Numbered from the stretch's first letter, positions 52,880-62,958 are shown. The stretch is 64,000 bases of DNA from Propionibacteriales bacterium (GCA_038317635.1 JBBQBP010000001.1:207957-271956); one strand, 5' to 3'. Program-made: numbers and translations. Notes: generated by a model not told the origin, from the letters alone.

Positions 52880-53614
52880 GTGAATCCAGGCCGGGGACTC
52901 CTTGGAGGGACTGGCGGCACCTCCAGCGGGCCGGGCACGAACGGCTTGTACAGCCAGCAGGGGCTCACTGTCTACCCACGGGGCCGGGTCGACGAGCCCG
53001 AACCCGACCCGACGCGAGATGCAGCAGCGGGGACTGGTGGTAACGCCTCGGCGACGGGGGTCCTGCCCGCCCGAGGAGTCCCCCTCTTCGCCTCCTACGT
53101 GGGTGGTGGCGGCGGCTGGTCCGGCGGCGGCGCCGGGGGTGGCCTGTACGTCCAGGGCGGGCACGAGATCCAGGAGGAAACGATTCTCGTCGGGAGCGGC
53201 GGTGGCGGCTCCTCCCACGCGGTCGTTTCACCTGTGGGCCTGCCTACCGCGGTCTACCGTGACGGTGTCCAGCGCGGCGACGGGATCGTACGGATCGCGA
53301 CGTGCCACCGCGCACCGAAGGTCGTATCCACGGCAAAGCCCGCCTCCGGGGGCGCGACCACGTCTGAGGCGTCCGCCAGCTCCTCGACCGACCTGTCGAC
53401 CACGACGCCCGAGTCCGGTCGTGTCCTCGGTGGACACCGGCATCGGCAGCGTCTCGCCTACCCCTTCCAGCGCCTCACCCACGAACCCCGGCCCGGGCAC
53501 GGTTCAAGGAGAACCCGCTCCATGCTGGCACTGGGTCGTGGGGCTGGGCCTCGTGGGTGTGGGTGCCGTGTTGTTCGCCGTGCTCAGGTGGCGGCGCCGC
53601 ACACCATGATCTGA
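52880..53614 (+). other. Glycine-rich ORF (244 aa) overlapping an alternative-frame ORF (52902-53609) that ends in an S/T/P-rich linker, a TM helix and RRR; possible frameshifted surface-protein gene or a remnant
   Basis: Frame A: YVGGGGGWSGGGAGGGLYVQGG...LVGSGGGGSS. Frame B C-terminus: SPTPSSASPTNPGPGTVQGEPAPCWHWVVGLGLVGVGAVLFAVLRWRRRTP. No signal peptide or RBS was identified. 770-bp gap between flanking genes. Confidence 0.3.
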
Positions 53615-53626
53615 GCGCTGCGGAGT

Positions 53627-54823
53627 TCAGGGCTTGCGCGCCAGCACGTACAGCCGGCTGGTCTCGGACTCGACCTCCGGGATCGGCGACCGCACGTACC
53701 ACTCGTCGACCTCGAGCCCGGCCGCCGTCACCGCCGCGAGTACGACATCGGGGTCGTGCAGCACGAAGTCGACATCGACGATGTGGCCGAGCAGGTCCGT
53801 CAGGTGGCGAGTCTCGGGACCCACGTGCGTGGCCAGCGCGAGGACGCCGCCGCTCACGAGCGTCCCGCCAAGAGCCGCTATCGCGGCCGGGAGCTCCGAC
53901 TCGGTGAGGTGGACCAGCGCGTACCAGGCCGTGATGGCGGACCACCCCGCCGCCGTACGAGGACGGAGCAGCCGCCGGAAGTCGCCCACCTCGAACACGA
54001 CGCCCGGGAAACGCGCTGTCGCTTCGGCGACCATCCCCGCCGACGAGTCGATGCCCGTCACCTCCGCGCCGCGGGACGCGAGGTGCGCCGCGATCTGGCC
54101 AGGACCCGTACCCACATCGGCCACCGGTCCCGCGACCTCGGCCGCGATCCGGTCGAGCAACCACGTGTCGAAGGGCTTGTGGCTGAGTTCGTCGCCGTAG
54201 CGCTCCGCGTACGCATCGGCCACGACGTCGTACGTGCGCTGCACGGACTCGTCGCGGACCTGCGCACCCTGAGCGAGGGCGGCTTCGCGGTCGACGGTCG
54301 GCGGCGGTACGACCTCTCCCGTGGGCAACGGCCCCAGCACGTGCACCCAGCGACGGTCCTGCTCGCGGGGCCGCAGCTCGAGCTCCCGTACCAGCGGGGG
54401 CTGCCGTTCGGCCATCGCCCGCAGCGCCGTCTCGGTGGCCGAGCGATCCGGGAACACGTACATCCGCTCCGTACGGGTCCGCAGCTCTCCGGGCGCCTGC
54501 GCGCCGCGGAGCAGCAGCACCGTGAGCAGCGCCCGCTCGGCCTCGTCCAGGTCGATCGCCTGATCGAGTGCCTGGGCGTACTTCACGGCGCGTGACCCGG
54601 ACGTCCACACGAACCGTACGAGGTCGCGCTTCTTCAGCCCTCGCAGCGTCTCGTCGACCTCCGGTTCGCTGAAGTCGACGATCGGGTCGCGGCTCGAGGA
54701 CTGGTTGCAGGCCGTCCGTACGGCGTTGATCGTCATCGGATACGAGGCGGGTACGGTCGTCTGCTTCTCCAGCAGGCTTCCCAGCACGCGCTGCTCTCGG
54801 GCGTCGAGCACCGGCAGATCCAT
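53627..54823 (-). CDS. Fusion protein: N-terminal DUF480/YceH-like winged-helix domain plus C-terminal class I SAM-dependent methyltransferase
   Basis: N-terminal LDAREQRVLGSLLEKQTTVPASYPMTINAV...LVRFV. MTase motif I VADVGTGPGQIAAHLASRGAEVTGIDSS. Confidence 0.8.
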   Translation of the reverse strand: MDLPVLDAREQRVLGSLLEKQTTVPASYPMTINAVRTACNQSSSRDPIVDFSEPEVDETLRGLKKRDLVRFVWTSGSRAVKYAQALDQAIDLDEAERALLTVLLLRGAQAPGELRTRTERMYVFPDRSATETALRAMAERQPPLVRELELRPREQDRRWVHVLGPLPTGEVVPPPTVDREAALAQGAQVRDESVQRTYDVVADAYAERYGDELSHKPFDTWLLDRIAAEVAGPVADVGTGPGQIAAHLASRGAEVTGIDSSAGMVAEATARFPGVVFEVGDFRRLLRPRTAAGWSAITAWYALVHLTESELPAAIAALGGTLVSGGVLALATHVGPETRHLTDLLGHIVDVDFVLHDPDVVLAAVTAAGLEVDEWYVRSPIPEVESETSRLYVLARKP

Positions 54824-54903
54824 GGCGACACTCTAGGGATCCGGGATTTCGCCGCGCAGTGGCCCGCCCCGCCTGTCCCGGACGCGCGGCGAGAACCGCG
54901 AAC

Positions 54904-56556
54904 TCAGGCCTCGATCTCGGAGACCTGGCCCGCCTCGACGGCGAAGCGACGAGTGAGGTGTACGGCGTCGAGCAGGCGCCGGTCGTGGGTCACGAGCAGC
55001 AGGGTGCCGGGGTAGCTGTCGAGCGCCTCTTCGAGCTGCTCGATCGCGGGTAGGTCGAGGTGGTTGGTCGGTTCGTCGAGCACCAGCAGGTTCACGCCGC
55101 GAGCCTGCAACAGGGCGAGGGCTGCGCGGGTCCGCTCGCCGGGCGACAGCGACGAGGCGGGGCGCTCGACGTGGGCCGCGCTGAGCCCGTACTTGGCCAG
55201 CAGCGTCCGGACCTCCGAGTCCGGCCAGGCCGGCACCTGAGCGGCGAACGCACCTCGAAGGCTCTCGCTGCCGTCGAACAGCGACCGCGCCTGGTCGATC
55301 TCGCCGACCACGACGGCCGAACCGAGGCTCACGTCACCCTCGTCGGGTTGCAGCCGCCCGAGCAGCGCTGCGAGCAGCGTCGACTTGCCGGACCCGTTGG
55401 GGCCGGTGATCGCGACGCGATCCGCCCAGTCGATCTGCAGGTTCGTCGGCCCGAGGGTGAAGGAGCCGCGCCGTACGACCACGTCCCGAGCCGTTGCCAC
55501 GACCGCACCGGCTCGTGGCGCCACCGCGATCTCCATCTGCAGACGCCACTCCTTGCGCGGTTCCTCGACGACCTCGAGCCGCTGCAGCAGTCGGTCGGTC
55601 TGCTTCGCCTTGGCGGCCTGCTTCTCGGCGGAGTCCTTGTTGTGGTGCCGGATGAACTTGTCGGGATCCTTCGCTTTGCGCACGGCGTTTCGCACACCCT
55701 TGTCCGACCACTCACGCTGCATCCGGGCGCGGTCCGTCAGACCGCTCCGCCTCTCCTCGTACTGCTCGTACTCCTCGCGCGCATGCCGCTTGGCCACGTC
55801 GCGCTCCTCGAGGTAGGCGCTGTAGCCGCCCCCGTACACGCCGATCTTCTGCTGTGCCAGGTCGAGCTCGACAACATGGTTCACCGTGCGGGCGAGGAAC
55901 TCGCGGTCGTGGCTCACGACGACGACTCCGGCTCGCAGACCGGTGACGAACCCCTCGAGCCTCGCGAGCCCGTCGAGGTCGAGGTCGTTGGTCGGCTCGT
56001 CGAGGAGGAACACGTCGTAGCGACTGAGCAGCAGCGACGCCAACCCGGTCCGCGCCGCTTGGCCACCGGACAGTGCCGTCATCGGACGGTCGAGATCGAC
56101 AGCCAGCCCGAGGTCGGCGGCCACGGCTTCGGCCCGGGAGTCGAGGTCCGCGCCGCCGAGGTGGAGCCAGTGGTCGAGGGCTGCGCTGTACGCGTCGTCG
56201 GCCGGTACGCCGTCGATCGGTTCGCCCGTGGCCAGCGAGTGGCTGGCGACGTCGAGGTCGGCCTGCGCAGACGTCACGCCCGTGCGCCGCCCCAGGAACT
56301 CCAGCACCGTCTCGCCCGCGCGACGCTCGGGTTCCTGCGGCAGGTAGCCGACGGCGCTCGATGCCGGCGACCGGACGATCTCGCCGCTCTCGGGACGTGT
56401 CAGCCCGGCCAGCAGCCGTAGCAGGGTGGTCTTGCCGGCACCGTTCGCCCCGACCAGGCCGACGACGTCACCGGGGGCGACGACGAGGTCGAGCCCGGAG
56501 AACAGCGTGCGGTCGCCGTGCCCGGCGGCAAGGCTGCGGGCGACGAGAGTGCTCAT
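54904..56556 (-). CDS. ABC-F family ATPase (tandem ABC domains, EttA/Uup-like translation factor)
   Basis: Two Walker A motifs (GANGAGKTT; GPNGSGKST) and two signatures (LSGGQAAR; LSPGERTRAAL). No TM domain. Start at the internal ATG 56556. Confidence 0.9.
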   Translation of the reverse strand: MSTLVARSLAAGHGDRTLFSGLDLVVAPGDVVGLVGANGAGKTTLLRLLAGLTRPESGEIVRSPASSAVGYLPQEPERRAGETVLEFLGRRTGVTSAQADLDVASHSLATGEPIDGVPADDAYSAALDHWLHLGGADLDSRAEAVAADLGLAVDLDRPMTALSGGQAARTGLASLLLSRYDVFLLDEPTNDLDLDGLARLEGFVTGLRAGVVVVSHDREFLARTVNHVVELDLAQQKIGVYGGGYSAYLEERDVAKRHAREEYEQYEERRSGLTDRARMQREWSDKGVRNAVRKAKDPDKFIRHHNKDSAEKQAAKAKQTDRLLQRLEVVEEPRKEWRLQMEIAVAPRAGAVVATARDVVVRRGSFTLGPTNLQIDWADRVAITGPNGSGKSTLLAALLGRLQPDEGDVSLGSAVVVGEIDQARSLFDGSESLRGAFAAQVPAWPDSEVRTLLAKYGLSAAHVERPASSLSPGERTRAALALLQARGVNLLVLDEPTNHLDLPAIEQLEEALDSYPGTLLLVTHDRRLLDAVHLTRRFAVEAGQVSEIEA

Positions 56557-56615
56557 GATGGCGTTGACGCTACAGGCTGGGCGAACAGGTCGCCCGGGGG
56601 TTTCGGGAGGCTCGG

Positions 56616-57209
56616 TCAGTACCAGCCGTGAGCGCTCTTGAACGACCAGGCGCCGCACGGGGTGCCGTAGCGAGCCTTGACGTAGCCGAGGGCCCACTTG
56701 ATCTGGGTTGCGGGGTTGGTGCGCCAGTCAGCACCGGCCGAGGCCATCTTGCTTCCGGGCAGCGCCTGCGGGATTCCGTACGCGCCGGACGAAGGGTTCG
56801 TTGCGGTGATGCTCCACTTCGACTCGTGCATGATGATGTTGTTGAAGCACTGGAACTGGGCGTCGCCCCAGCCGTACTTGTTGGCCATGAGCTGGCGGGC
56901 GATCTCGCGGGGATCGGTCGTCGTGGGGTCGTAGCCCTGGGCCCTCCGCTGCTCCTGCGCCTTCAACTCAGCGTCGGCCTGCGAGATGGCGTCGGCCTGT
57001 GTGCTCAGCTGTGTCGCGCGGGCCAACGCCCCCAGATCGACTTCGCGGCGCAGGACGGCTTCCGCGTCGATCCCGGCAGGGGCGTCGGGCACGGTGAAGA
57101 TGTGTGCCTCCGTCGAGATGGGCTCCACTGCGTCAGCCGTTCCTCCCGCCACCGCCGCCACTGCGGCGACGACGGCAAGAGCAAGCCTGATCGGGTAGCT
57201 CATGCGCAC
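56616..57209 (-). CDS. Secreted lytic-transglycosylase-like / Apf-C-terminal-like cell-wall protein
   Basis: Signal peptide MRMSYPIRLALAVVAAVAAVAGGTADA. C-terminal motif GYVKARYGTPCGAWSFKSAHGWY is recalled from transglycosylase-like secreted proteins. Confidence 0.65.
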   Translation of the reverse strand: MRMSYPIRLALAVVAAVAAVAGGTADAVEPISTEAHIFTVPDAPAGIDAEAVLRREVDLGALARATQLSTQADAISQADAELKAQEQRRAQGYDPTTTDPREIARQLMANKYGWGDAQFQCFNNIIMHESKWSITATNPSSGAYGIPQALPGSKMASAGADWRTNPATQIKWALGYVKARYGTPCGAWSFKSAHGWY

Positions 57210-57248
57210 GGTCCTGATGATTACATAAGTATCGCGTTCAGGGAAATC

Positions 57249-60200
57249 TCAGGAAAGAATCGTCACCTCGATCTGGCGTGGAGTGCCGAACCGGTGCGCT
57301 GTGATGCACACCGCCTGTTCGCGAAGGAACGGGAGCATCTCGACCCGTCCTGCTGAGACGACGGTGTTGTCGTAGAGGGCCACGTCCGGTGAACCGCCCG
57401 TGGCGGTTGCCGTGGCATGGAGATCGGCGTCGATGAGCCGGATCCGTCCGCCGTTCTCCGCGACGTGGCGCAGCCGAGCGGCCCACTGGTCGTCATCCTC
57501 GGCCCACCAGGTGATGCCGGCACTGCCGAGGTACGTCTCCACGCCGCGCTCGAACCGCCTCGCGCTCACGGACACGCGCGATCCCGTCCGCAGGCCCGCC
57601 GCCACCACGCGCAGCAGCGCGACGACCCTGGTGCCCTCGAACCGTACGGTCACCGGTACGGCCTGGTACCGGAACGCGTTCTGCTCCCGAACGAGCCCTG
57701 TCACGTCCCGTACGACCCCGAACTCGTTCGTCCACGCCGTCTCGTCGGTCGCCACGGCGTGGCGCAGCCAGGCCAGGTCTTCAGCCCCCACCCCTGCCCC
57801 CTCGGCAGCAGCAAGCACTGCCGCGCTGATCGGGCCGAGGGAGGTCTCCCCGTTGGGGAGAGGAGCTGTCCGCTCGGGGAGAGGATCTGTGTCGACCCAG
57901 CGCGTCAGCCCGTACAGGTAGTTGGGCCCACCCGCCTTCCAGCCCGCCCCGACCACGGACCGCTTCCAGCCACCGAACGGTTGGCGCTGGACGATGGCTC
58001 CGGTGATGCCGCGATTGACGTACAGGTTGCCGGCCTCGATCCTCGACAGCCACTGCTGGATCTCGCCGTCGTCGAGCGAGTGCAGACCGCTGGTCAGCCC
58101 GTAGTCGACGGCGTTCACGATGTCGATCGCCTCGTCCAGGGAGCCGGCGGTCATGACGCCCAGCACCGGCCCGAAGTACTCGACCGTGTGGAACTCCGAC
58201 CCCGGCTGCACGCCGAGACGGACCCCTGGTCGCCACAGGCTGCCCGAGTTGTCGAGCTGCTTCGGCTCGATCAGCCACGACTGTCCCGGTTCGAGACTGG
58301 TGAGCGCACGCAGCAGCTTGCCGTCCGCCGGCCCGATCAGCGGCCCGATGCGCGACGACGCCTCCCAGGGCATGCCCACGGTGTACGCGCTGACTGCGTC
58401 CACGAGCTGCCGGCGGAACCGTTCGGACGTCGCCACGGATCCGACGAGCACCACCAAGGACGCCGCTGAGCACTTCTGGCCGGCATGACCGAACGCCGAG
58501 TAGACGACATCCTTCGCCGCGAGATCCAGATCGGCGCTCGGCGTGACGATGATCGCGTTCTTGCCGCTCGTCTCGGCCAGCAGCGGCAGATCGGGCCGGA
58601 ACGTGCGGAAGAGCGACGCCGTCTCGTACGACCCGGTGAGGATCACCCGCTCGACGCGTGGATCGCTGATCAGCCGCCGACCCAGCGAGCTCTCGTCGAG
58701 CTGTACGCACACGAGCACGTCCCGCGGTACGCCCGCCTCCCACAGCGCCTCGACCATGACCTGGCCGCAGCGGCGCGAGGGATGCGCGGGCTTGATGATG
58801 ACCGGCGACCCGGCAGCAAGCGCGGCGAGCGTCGAGCCAGCCGGGATGGCGACCGGGAAGTTCCAGGGCGGGGTGACGACCGTGAGGTGTACGGGATCGG
58901 GGTGCGCCCCGTTGACCTCGGACAGCGCCCGCGCCGACTGCGCGTAGTAGTGCGCGAAGTCGATCGCCTCCGACACCTCCGGGTCGCCCTGCTCCAGCAC
59001 CTTGCCGCACTCGGCGCCCATGACCTCGAGCAGGTCGGCGCGATGCGCCTCGAGGGCGTCGCCGGCTGCGTGGAGGATCCGTGCGCGCTCGTCGACGGGC
59101 AGGGTTCGCCACGAGTCGCCCGCCGTGACCGTACGGGCGATCAGGGCGTCCAGCTCGTCGGGGGTGACCACGTGCGTGATGGCAGTCCCGAGTGTGGACG
59201 ATGGCATCCTCTTCCGGATCGCGTCGCCCCACGCACGGTTGGCCGCGATCGCAGGATCGGTGTCCGGGGTGTTCTCGAAGCGATCGCTCGGCGCGGGGAT
59301 CGCCGGTTGCGATCTGTTCTGGACGCGGTTGGGTGTCGGCACGGTCGCGGGCATGTCGGCGACTGAGGCGAGGAAGCGGTCGCGTTCGCGGGCGAACATC
59401 TCTGGGTCGTCGAGGTCGAAGACGGCGGACATGAAGTTGTCGCTGGATGCGCCCTCTTCGAGGCGGCGGATCAGGTAGGCGATCGCCACGTCGAACTCGT
59501 CCGGGTGCACGACGGGCGTGTACAACAGGATCGACCCCGCGTCGCGTCGTACGACCTCGGCCTGCGCCGACGCCATCCCGAGCAGCATCTCGACGTCGAT
59601 CGCCTCGGTGACGCCCCGCTGTCGCGCGAGAAGCAGTGCGAGCGCCACGTCGAACAGGTTGTGGCCGGCGACGCCCACCCGCACCGCGGCGGTGCGTTCG
59701 GGGCGCAGCGCATAGTCGAGGACGGCCTTGTACGAGGCGTCCGTCTCCCGCTTCGTACCCCATGTCGCCAGTGGCCAGCCGTGCAGCTCGGCGTCGACGG
59801 TCTCCATCGGCAGGTTGGCGCCCTTGACGACCCGTACCTTGACCGGCGCCCCACCGGCGGCGACGCGCGCGGCCGCCCACTCCTGCAGGCGGATCATCGC
59901 GTCGAGGGCATCGGGGAGATACGCCTGGAGCACGATCCCCGCCGAGTACTCGCGCAGCGCGGGGCGCTCGAGCAGCGTCGTGAAGACGGCGATCGTGAGG
60001 TCGAGGTCCTTGTACTCCTCCATGTCGAGGTTGATGAACGTCGTGGAAGGCGTCGTGGCGGCGAGCTCGTACAGCGGGGCCAGGGTCTCGACCGCATGGG
60101 TGACGGCCTCGTCGAACGCCCACGGCGTGTGTGGGGCGACAACGGCAGACACCTTGACGGAGACGTAGCCGACGTCCTCGCGCTCGATGAGGCGCCGTGT

Positions 60201-60734
60201 GCCGGCCAGGCGCTTCGAGGCCTCGCCCTCACCGAGGATCGCCTCGCCGAGCAGGTTGATGTTGAGCTGTACACCGCCATCACCCTTGAGTCTCTGGATC
60301 GCTCCGCCGAGCCGGGCATCGCTCGCGTCGATGATGAGGTGCCGCACGAGGTGGCGCAGCACCCGCCGCGCGGCGGGTACCACGATCCAGGGTGCGACCG
60401 GACCTAGGGCCGCACCCACCCGGAACAGCGATCGCATCGGCCACGGGAGGAACCGGGGTACCAGGGGCTCCAGCGCTCGCAGGGCTCGGGCGGCGACGTG
60501 CAGGTCCTCGGGTCGTACGACCCGGTCAACGAACCCGACCGTGAACTCGAGCCCGTTGGGGTCCCGGAGGACGTCGGCGAGCAGCTTCGCCGACGAGTCG
60601 GGCTCGATGTCGCGGCTCGTCGCCAGCCACGCACGTACCTGCTCGATCGCCGCGTCGGCCAAGTCGGCGATCTCATCGGTCGTGGGCGTGTACCTGAGCT
60701 GCTGCGTTGTCATAGCGCCTCCATTTCTACTCAC
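57249..60734 (-). CDS. putA: Bifunctional proline dehydrogenase / L-glutamate-gamma-semialdehyde (P5C) dehydrogenase
   Basis: 1161 aa. PRODH domain (VLQAYLPD). ALDH domain with ETSGKNAIIV and catalytic FGHAGQKCSAAS. C-terminal oligomerisation-type domain. Confidence 0.9.
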   Translation of the reverse strand: MSRNGGAMTTQQLRYTPTTDEIADLADAAIEQVRAWLATSRDIEPDSSAKLLADVLRDPNGLEFTVGFVDRVVRPEDLHVAARALRALEPLVPRFLPWPMRSLFRVGAALGPVAPWIVVPAARRVLRHLVRHLIIDASDARLGGAIQRLKGDGGVQLNINLLGEAILGEGEASKRLAGTRRLIEREDVGYVSVKVSAVVAPHTPWAFDEAVTHAVETLAPLYELAATTPSTTFINLDMEEYKDLDLTIAVFTTLLERPALREYSAGIVLQAYLPDALDAMIRLQEWAAARVAAGGAPVKVRVVKGANLPMETVDAELHGWPLATWGTKRETDASYKAVLDYALRPERTAAVRVGVAGHNLFDVALALLLARQRGVTEAIDVEMLLGMASAQAEVVRRDAGSILLYTPVVHPDEFDVAIAYLIRRLEEGASSDNFMSAVFDLDDPEMFARERDRFLASVADMPATVPTPNRVQNRSQPAIPAPSDRFENTPDTDPAIAANRAWGDAIRKRMPSSTLGTAITHVVTPDELDALIARTVTAGDSWRTLPVDERARILHAAGDALEAHRADLLEVMGAECGKVLEQGDPEVSEAIDFAHYYAQSARALSEVNGAHPDPVHLTVVTPPWNFPVAIPAGSTLAALAAGSPVIIKPAHPSRRCGQVMVEALWEAGVPRDVLVCVQLDESSLGRRLISDPRVERVILTGSYETASLFRTFRPDLPLLAETSGKNAIIVTPSADLDLAAKDVVYSAFGHAGQKCSAASLVVLVGSVATSERFRRQLVDAVSAYTVGMPWEASSRIGPLIGPADGKLLRALTSLEPGQSWLIEPKQLDNSGSLWRPGVRLGVQPGSEFHTVEYFGPVLGVMTAGSLDEAIDIVNAVDYGLTSGLHSLDDGEIQQWLSRIEAGNLYVNRGITGAIVQRQPFGGWKRSVVGAGWKAGGPNYLYGLTRWVDTDPLPERTAPLPNGETSLGPISAAVLAAAEGAGVGAEDLAWLRHAVATDETAWTNEFGVVRDVTGLVREQNAFRYQAVPVTVRFEGTRVVALLRVVAAGLRTGSRVSVSARRFERGVETYLGSAGITWWAEDDDQWAARLRHVAENGGRIRLIDADLHATATATGGSPDVALYDNTVVSAGRVEMLPFLREQAVCITAHRFGTPRQIEVTILS

Positions 60735-60831
60735 AGTGTCCGTCGCCGGAACCGTTCATGAAAAGCGAGCGTTTGTGACCATTACTATTCGAATACAGCG
60801 ATTGATGTAGAAGTCTGAGAGGAGCCACGAG

Positions 60832-61737
60832 TTGTTCGAGGTACGGAGGTTGCGGCTGCTGCGAGAGCTGCAGCTGCGCGGCACGCTGGCGGCGGTGGCG
60901 GACGCCCTCTCGTACAGTCCGTCGACCATCTCGCAGCAGCTCGCTCAGCTCGAGAAGGACGCCGGCGTGGCTCTGCTCGAACCGGATGGTCGGCGCGTAC
61001 GGCTCACGGAGTACGGGGAGGTGCTCGCGGCACACGCCGCGCGCGTGCTCGACCTCGAGGAGTCTGTACGTGCCGAGCTCGCGTCCGTCGAGCCCGGTCT
61101 CACATCGGTACGGATCGCGGTGATGCAGACCGCAGCGCAGGCGATCCTGCCGCGCGCGCTGGGCCTGCTTGCGGAGCGTGCGCCAGGGTTGCGGGTCGAG
61201 GTCGCCGAGGTGCCACCGGAGGTGGGCCTCTTCGAGCTGAGCGCGCGGACGTTCGACCTGGTCGTCGCCGAGCAGTACCCCGGTCAGACCCGCGCTCACT
61301 CAGCGACCCTCCACCGCGAGCCGCTGGGGAGCGACCCGGTGCGCCTGGCGCTGCCACCGGATCATGCCGCCACCGAGCTGCGCGACCTGCGCGACAGCGC
61401 GTGGGTGATGGAGCCAGAGGGCACCGCGGCCAGGCAGTGGGCGGTGCAGCAGTGCCGAGCCTCGGGCTTCGAGCCCGACGTGCGCTACGAGCTGGCTGAT
61501 CTCAACGGCCAGGTACGCCTGGTGGCTGCAGGCCACGCGGTAGGCATGCTCCCCGATCTGCTCTGGACCGCCGCGCCGCCGCCGGTACGACTCGTCGCGT
61601 TGCCCGGCGATCCCGCACGGGATCTGTTCACGGCCGTCCGGTCCGCCGCCACGAGTCGTGCGGGGGTACGGGCGGTGCGTGATGCGCTGCGCGACGCGAT
61701 GTCCGAGCTGGTGGCGCTGAGAGAGGAAAGTACGTGA
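60832..61737 (+). CDS. LysR family transcriptional regulator (divergent from putA)
   Basis: HTH LRELQLRGTLAAVADALSYSPSTISQQLAQLE. 97-bp AT-rich divergent region. Confidence 0.9.
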   Translation: MFEVRRLRLLRELQLRGTLAAVADALSYSPSTISQQLAQLEKDAGVALLEPDGRRVRLTEYGEVLAAHAARVLDLEESVRAELASVEPGLTSVRIAVMQTAAQAILPRALGLLAERAPGLRVEVAEVPPEVGLFELSARTFDLVVAEQYPGQTRAHSATLHREPLGSDPVRLALPPDHAATELRDLRDSAWVMEPEGTAARQWAVQQCRASGFEPDVRYELADLNGQVRLVAAGHAVGMLPDLLWTAAPPPVRLVALPGDPARDLFTAVRSAATSRAGVRAVRDALRDAMSELVALREEST

Positions 61738-61797
61738 CGGGGTCGGGCTGACCTGCTACCGCATGTACCGACCGTGCGAGCCTGATCGGCCCGTCCC

Positions 61798-62958
61798 TTA
61801 CTCCGTACGGCGTGCGCCGCCCGCTGGTTTCGCCCGGAAGAACTGCGGCTTGGTGAAGCCGTGGTGCTCGTACGCAGAGTAGATCGCCATCTCGACGCCA
61901 GGTACGAGGCGCTCGGGGACGAGCGCGATCGCCGACCCGCCGAAGCCGCCGCCGGTCATCCGTGCGCCGAGCGCGCCGGCGGCGATGGCGGCGTCCACGG
62001 CCACGTCGAGCTCCTCGCAGGAGACCTCGAAGTCGTCGCGCAACGACAGGTGAGAGGACGTGAAGAGCAGACCGACCTCGGCCAGCTCGCCCTGGTCGAG
62101 GGCCTCGACGGTGTCCCGTACGCGCTGGATCTCGCTCACCACGTGCTGGGTGCGCTTGAAGAGCTCGGGGTCGTGCTCGAGCTTGTGGAGCGCCTCGGCG
62201 AGGTGCGAGTACGGGATCTCACGGAGACTCTTGACGCCGAGCTCCTTGGCCGCGCGCTCGCAGGCGGCCCGGCGGTTCCCGTACTGACCGTCGCTCAGCT
62301 CGTGTTCGGCCCGCGTGTCGATCACGAGCACCACGAGCCCGTGCTTCTCGGGCTCGAACAGGATCTGTGAGACGTGGCCGTTGCGGCAGTCGAGCAGGAT
62401 CGCGTGCCCCGCCGTACAGCGCAGGCTCGCCGCCTGGTCCATCCCGCCCGTCGGTGCTTGGGCGATGACGTTCTCGGCCTTCTGGCACAGCGCCGCCAGC
62501 GTGGTGCGCGTGCTGTCGTCGGCCAGCAGCCCCAGCCCGAACAGGTCGCTGGCCGCGGCGGCGACGGCGCCTTCGAGCGCGGCCGAGCTCGACAGGCCGG
62601 CACCGATCGGGACCGTGGAGTCGATCGCCACATCCAGGCCTCCCACCAGGTAGCCCGCCTCGCGCGCCGCCCAGAGCACGCCCGCCGCGTACCGCCCCCA
62701 TCCCTCCGGCACGCCAGGCGCGATGTCGTGGAGCGAGACCTCGGTGACATCGCCACCGGCGGTCGAGCTGAGCCTGAGGAGTCCGTCGGCCCTGCGTCGG
62801 GCGGCGGCGTAGGTACGCTGCGGCAGCGCGATCGGCAGCACGAGGCCCTCGTTGTAGTCGGTGTGCTCTCCGATGAGGTTCACACGGCCAGGCGACTCCC
62901 AGACGCCCTCGGGCGCCTCGCCGAAGACGCTGCGGAAGTGGTCGACGACAACGCTCAC
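61798..62958 (-). CDS. galK: Galactokinase
   Basis: GHMP motifs: PGRVNLIGEHTDYN and PIGAGLSSSAALE. 386 aa. Confidence 0.9.
   Translation of the reverse strand: MSVVVDHFRSVFGEAPEGVWESPGRVNLIGEHTDYNEGLVLPIALPQRTYAAARRRADGLLRLSSTAGGDVTEVSLHDIAPGVPEGWGRYAAGVLWAAREAGYLVGGLDVAIDSTVPIGAGLSSSAALEGAVAAAASDLFGLGLLADDSTRTTLAALCQKAENVIAQAPTGGMDQAASLRCTAGHAILLDCRNGHVSQILFEPEKHGLVVLVIDTRAEHELSDGQYGNRRAACERAAKELGVKSLREIPYSHLAEALHKLEHDPELFKRTQHVVSEIQRVRDTVEALDQGELAEVGLLFTSSHLSLRDDFEVSCEELDVAVDAAIAAGALGARMTGGGFGGSAIALVPERLVPGVEMAIYSAYEHHGFTKPQFFRAKPAGGARRTE

Noticed and set aside
51495-53218. ORFs 51530-53218 (-) and 51495-52682 (-) antisense to the RecQ-like helicase
   Set aside because: Shadow ORFs. The plus frame carries all helicase motifs.
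57781-60407. ORFs 57781-60123 (-, frame-shifted relative to putA), 57417-58469 (+), 59505-60407 (+)
   Set aside because: Alternative-frame shadows within putA. Only the 57249-60734 frame contains the PRODH and ALDH catalytic motifs.
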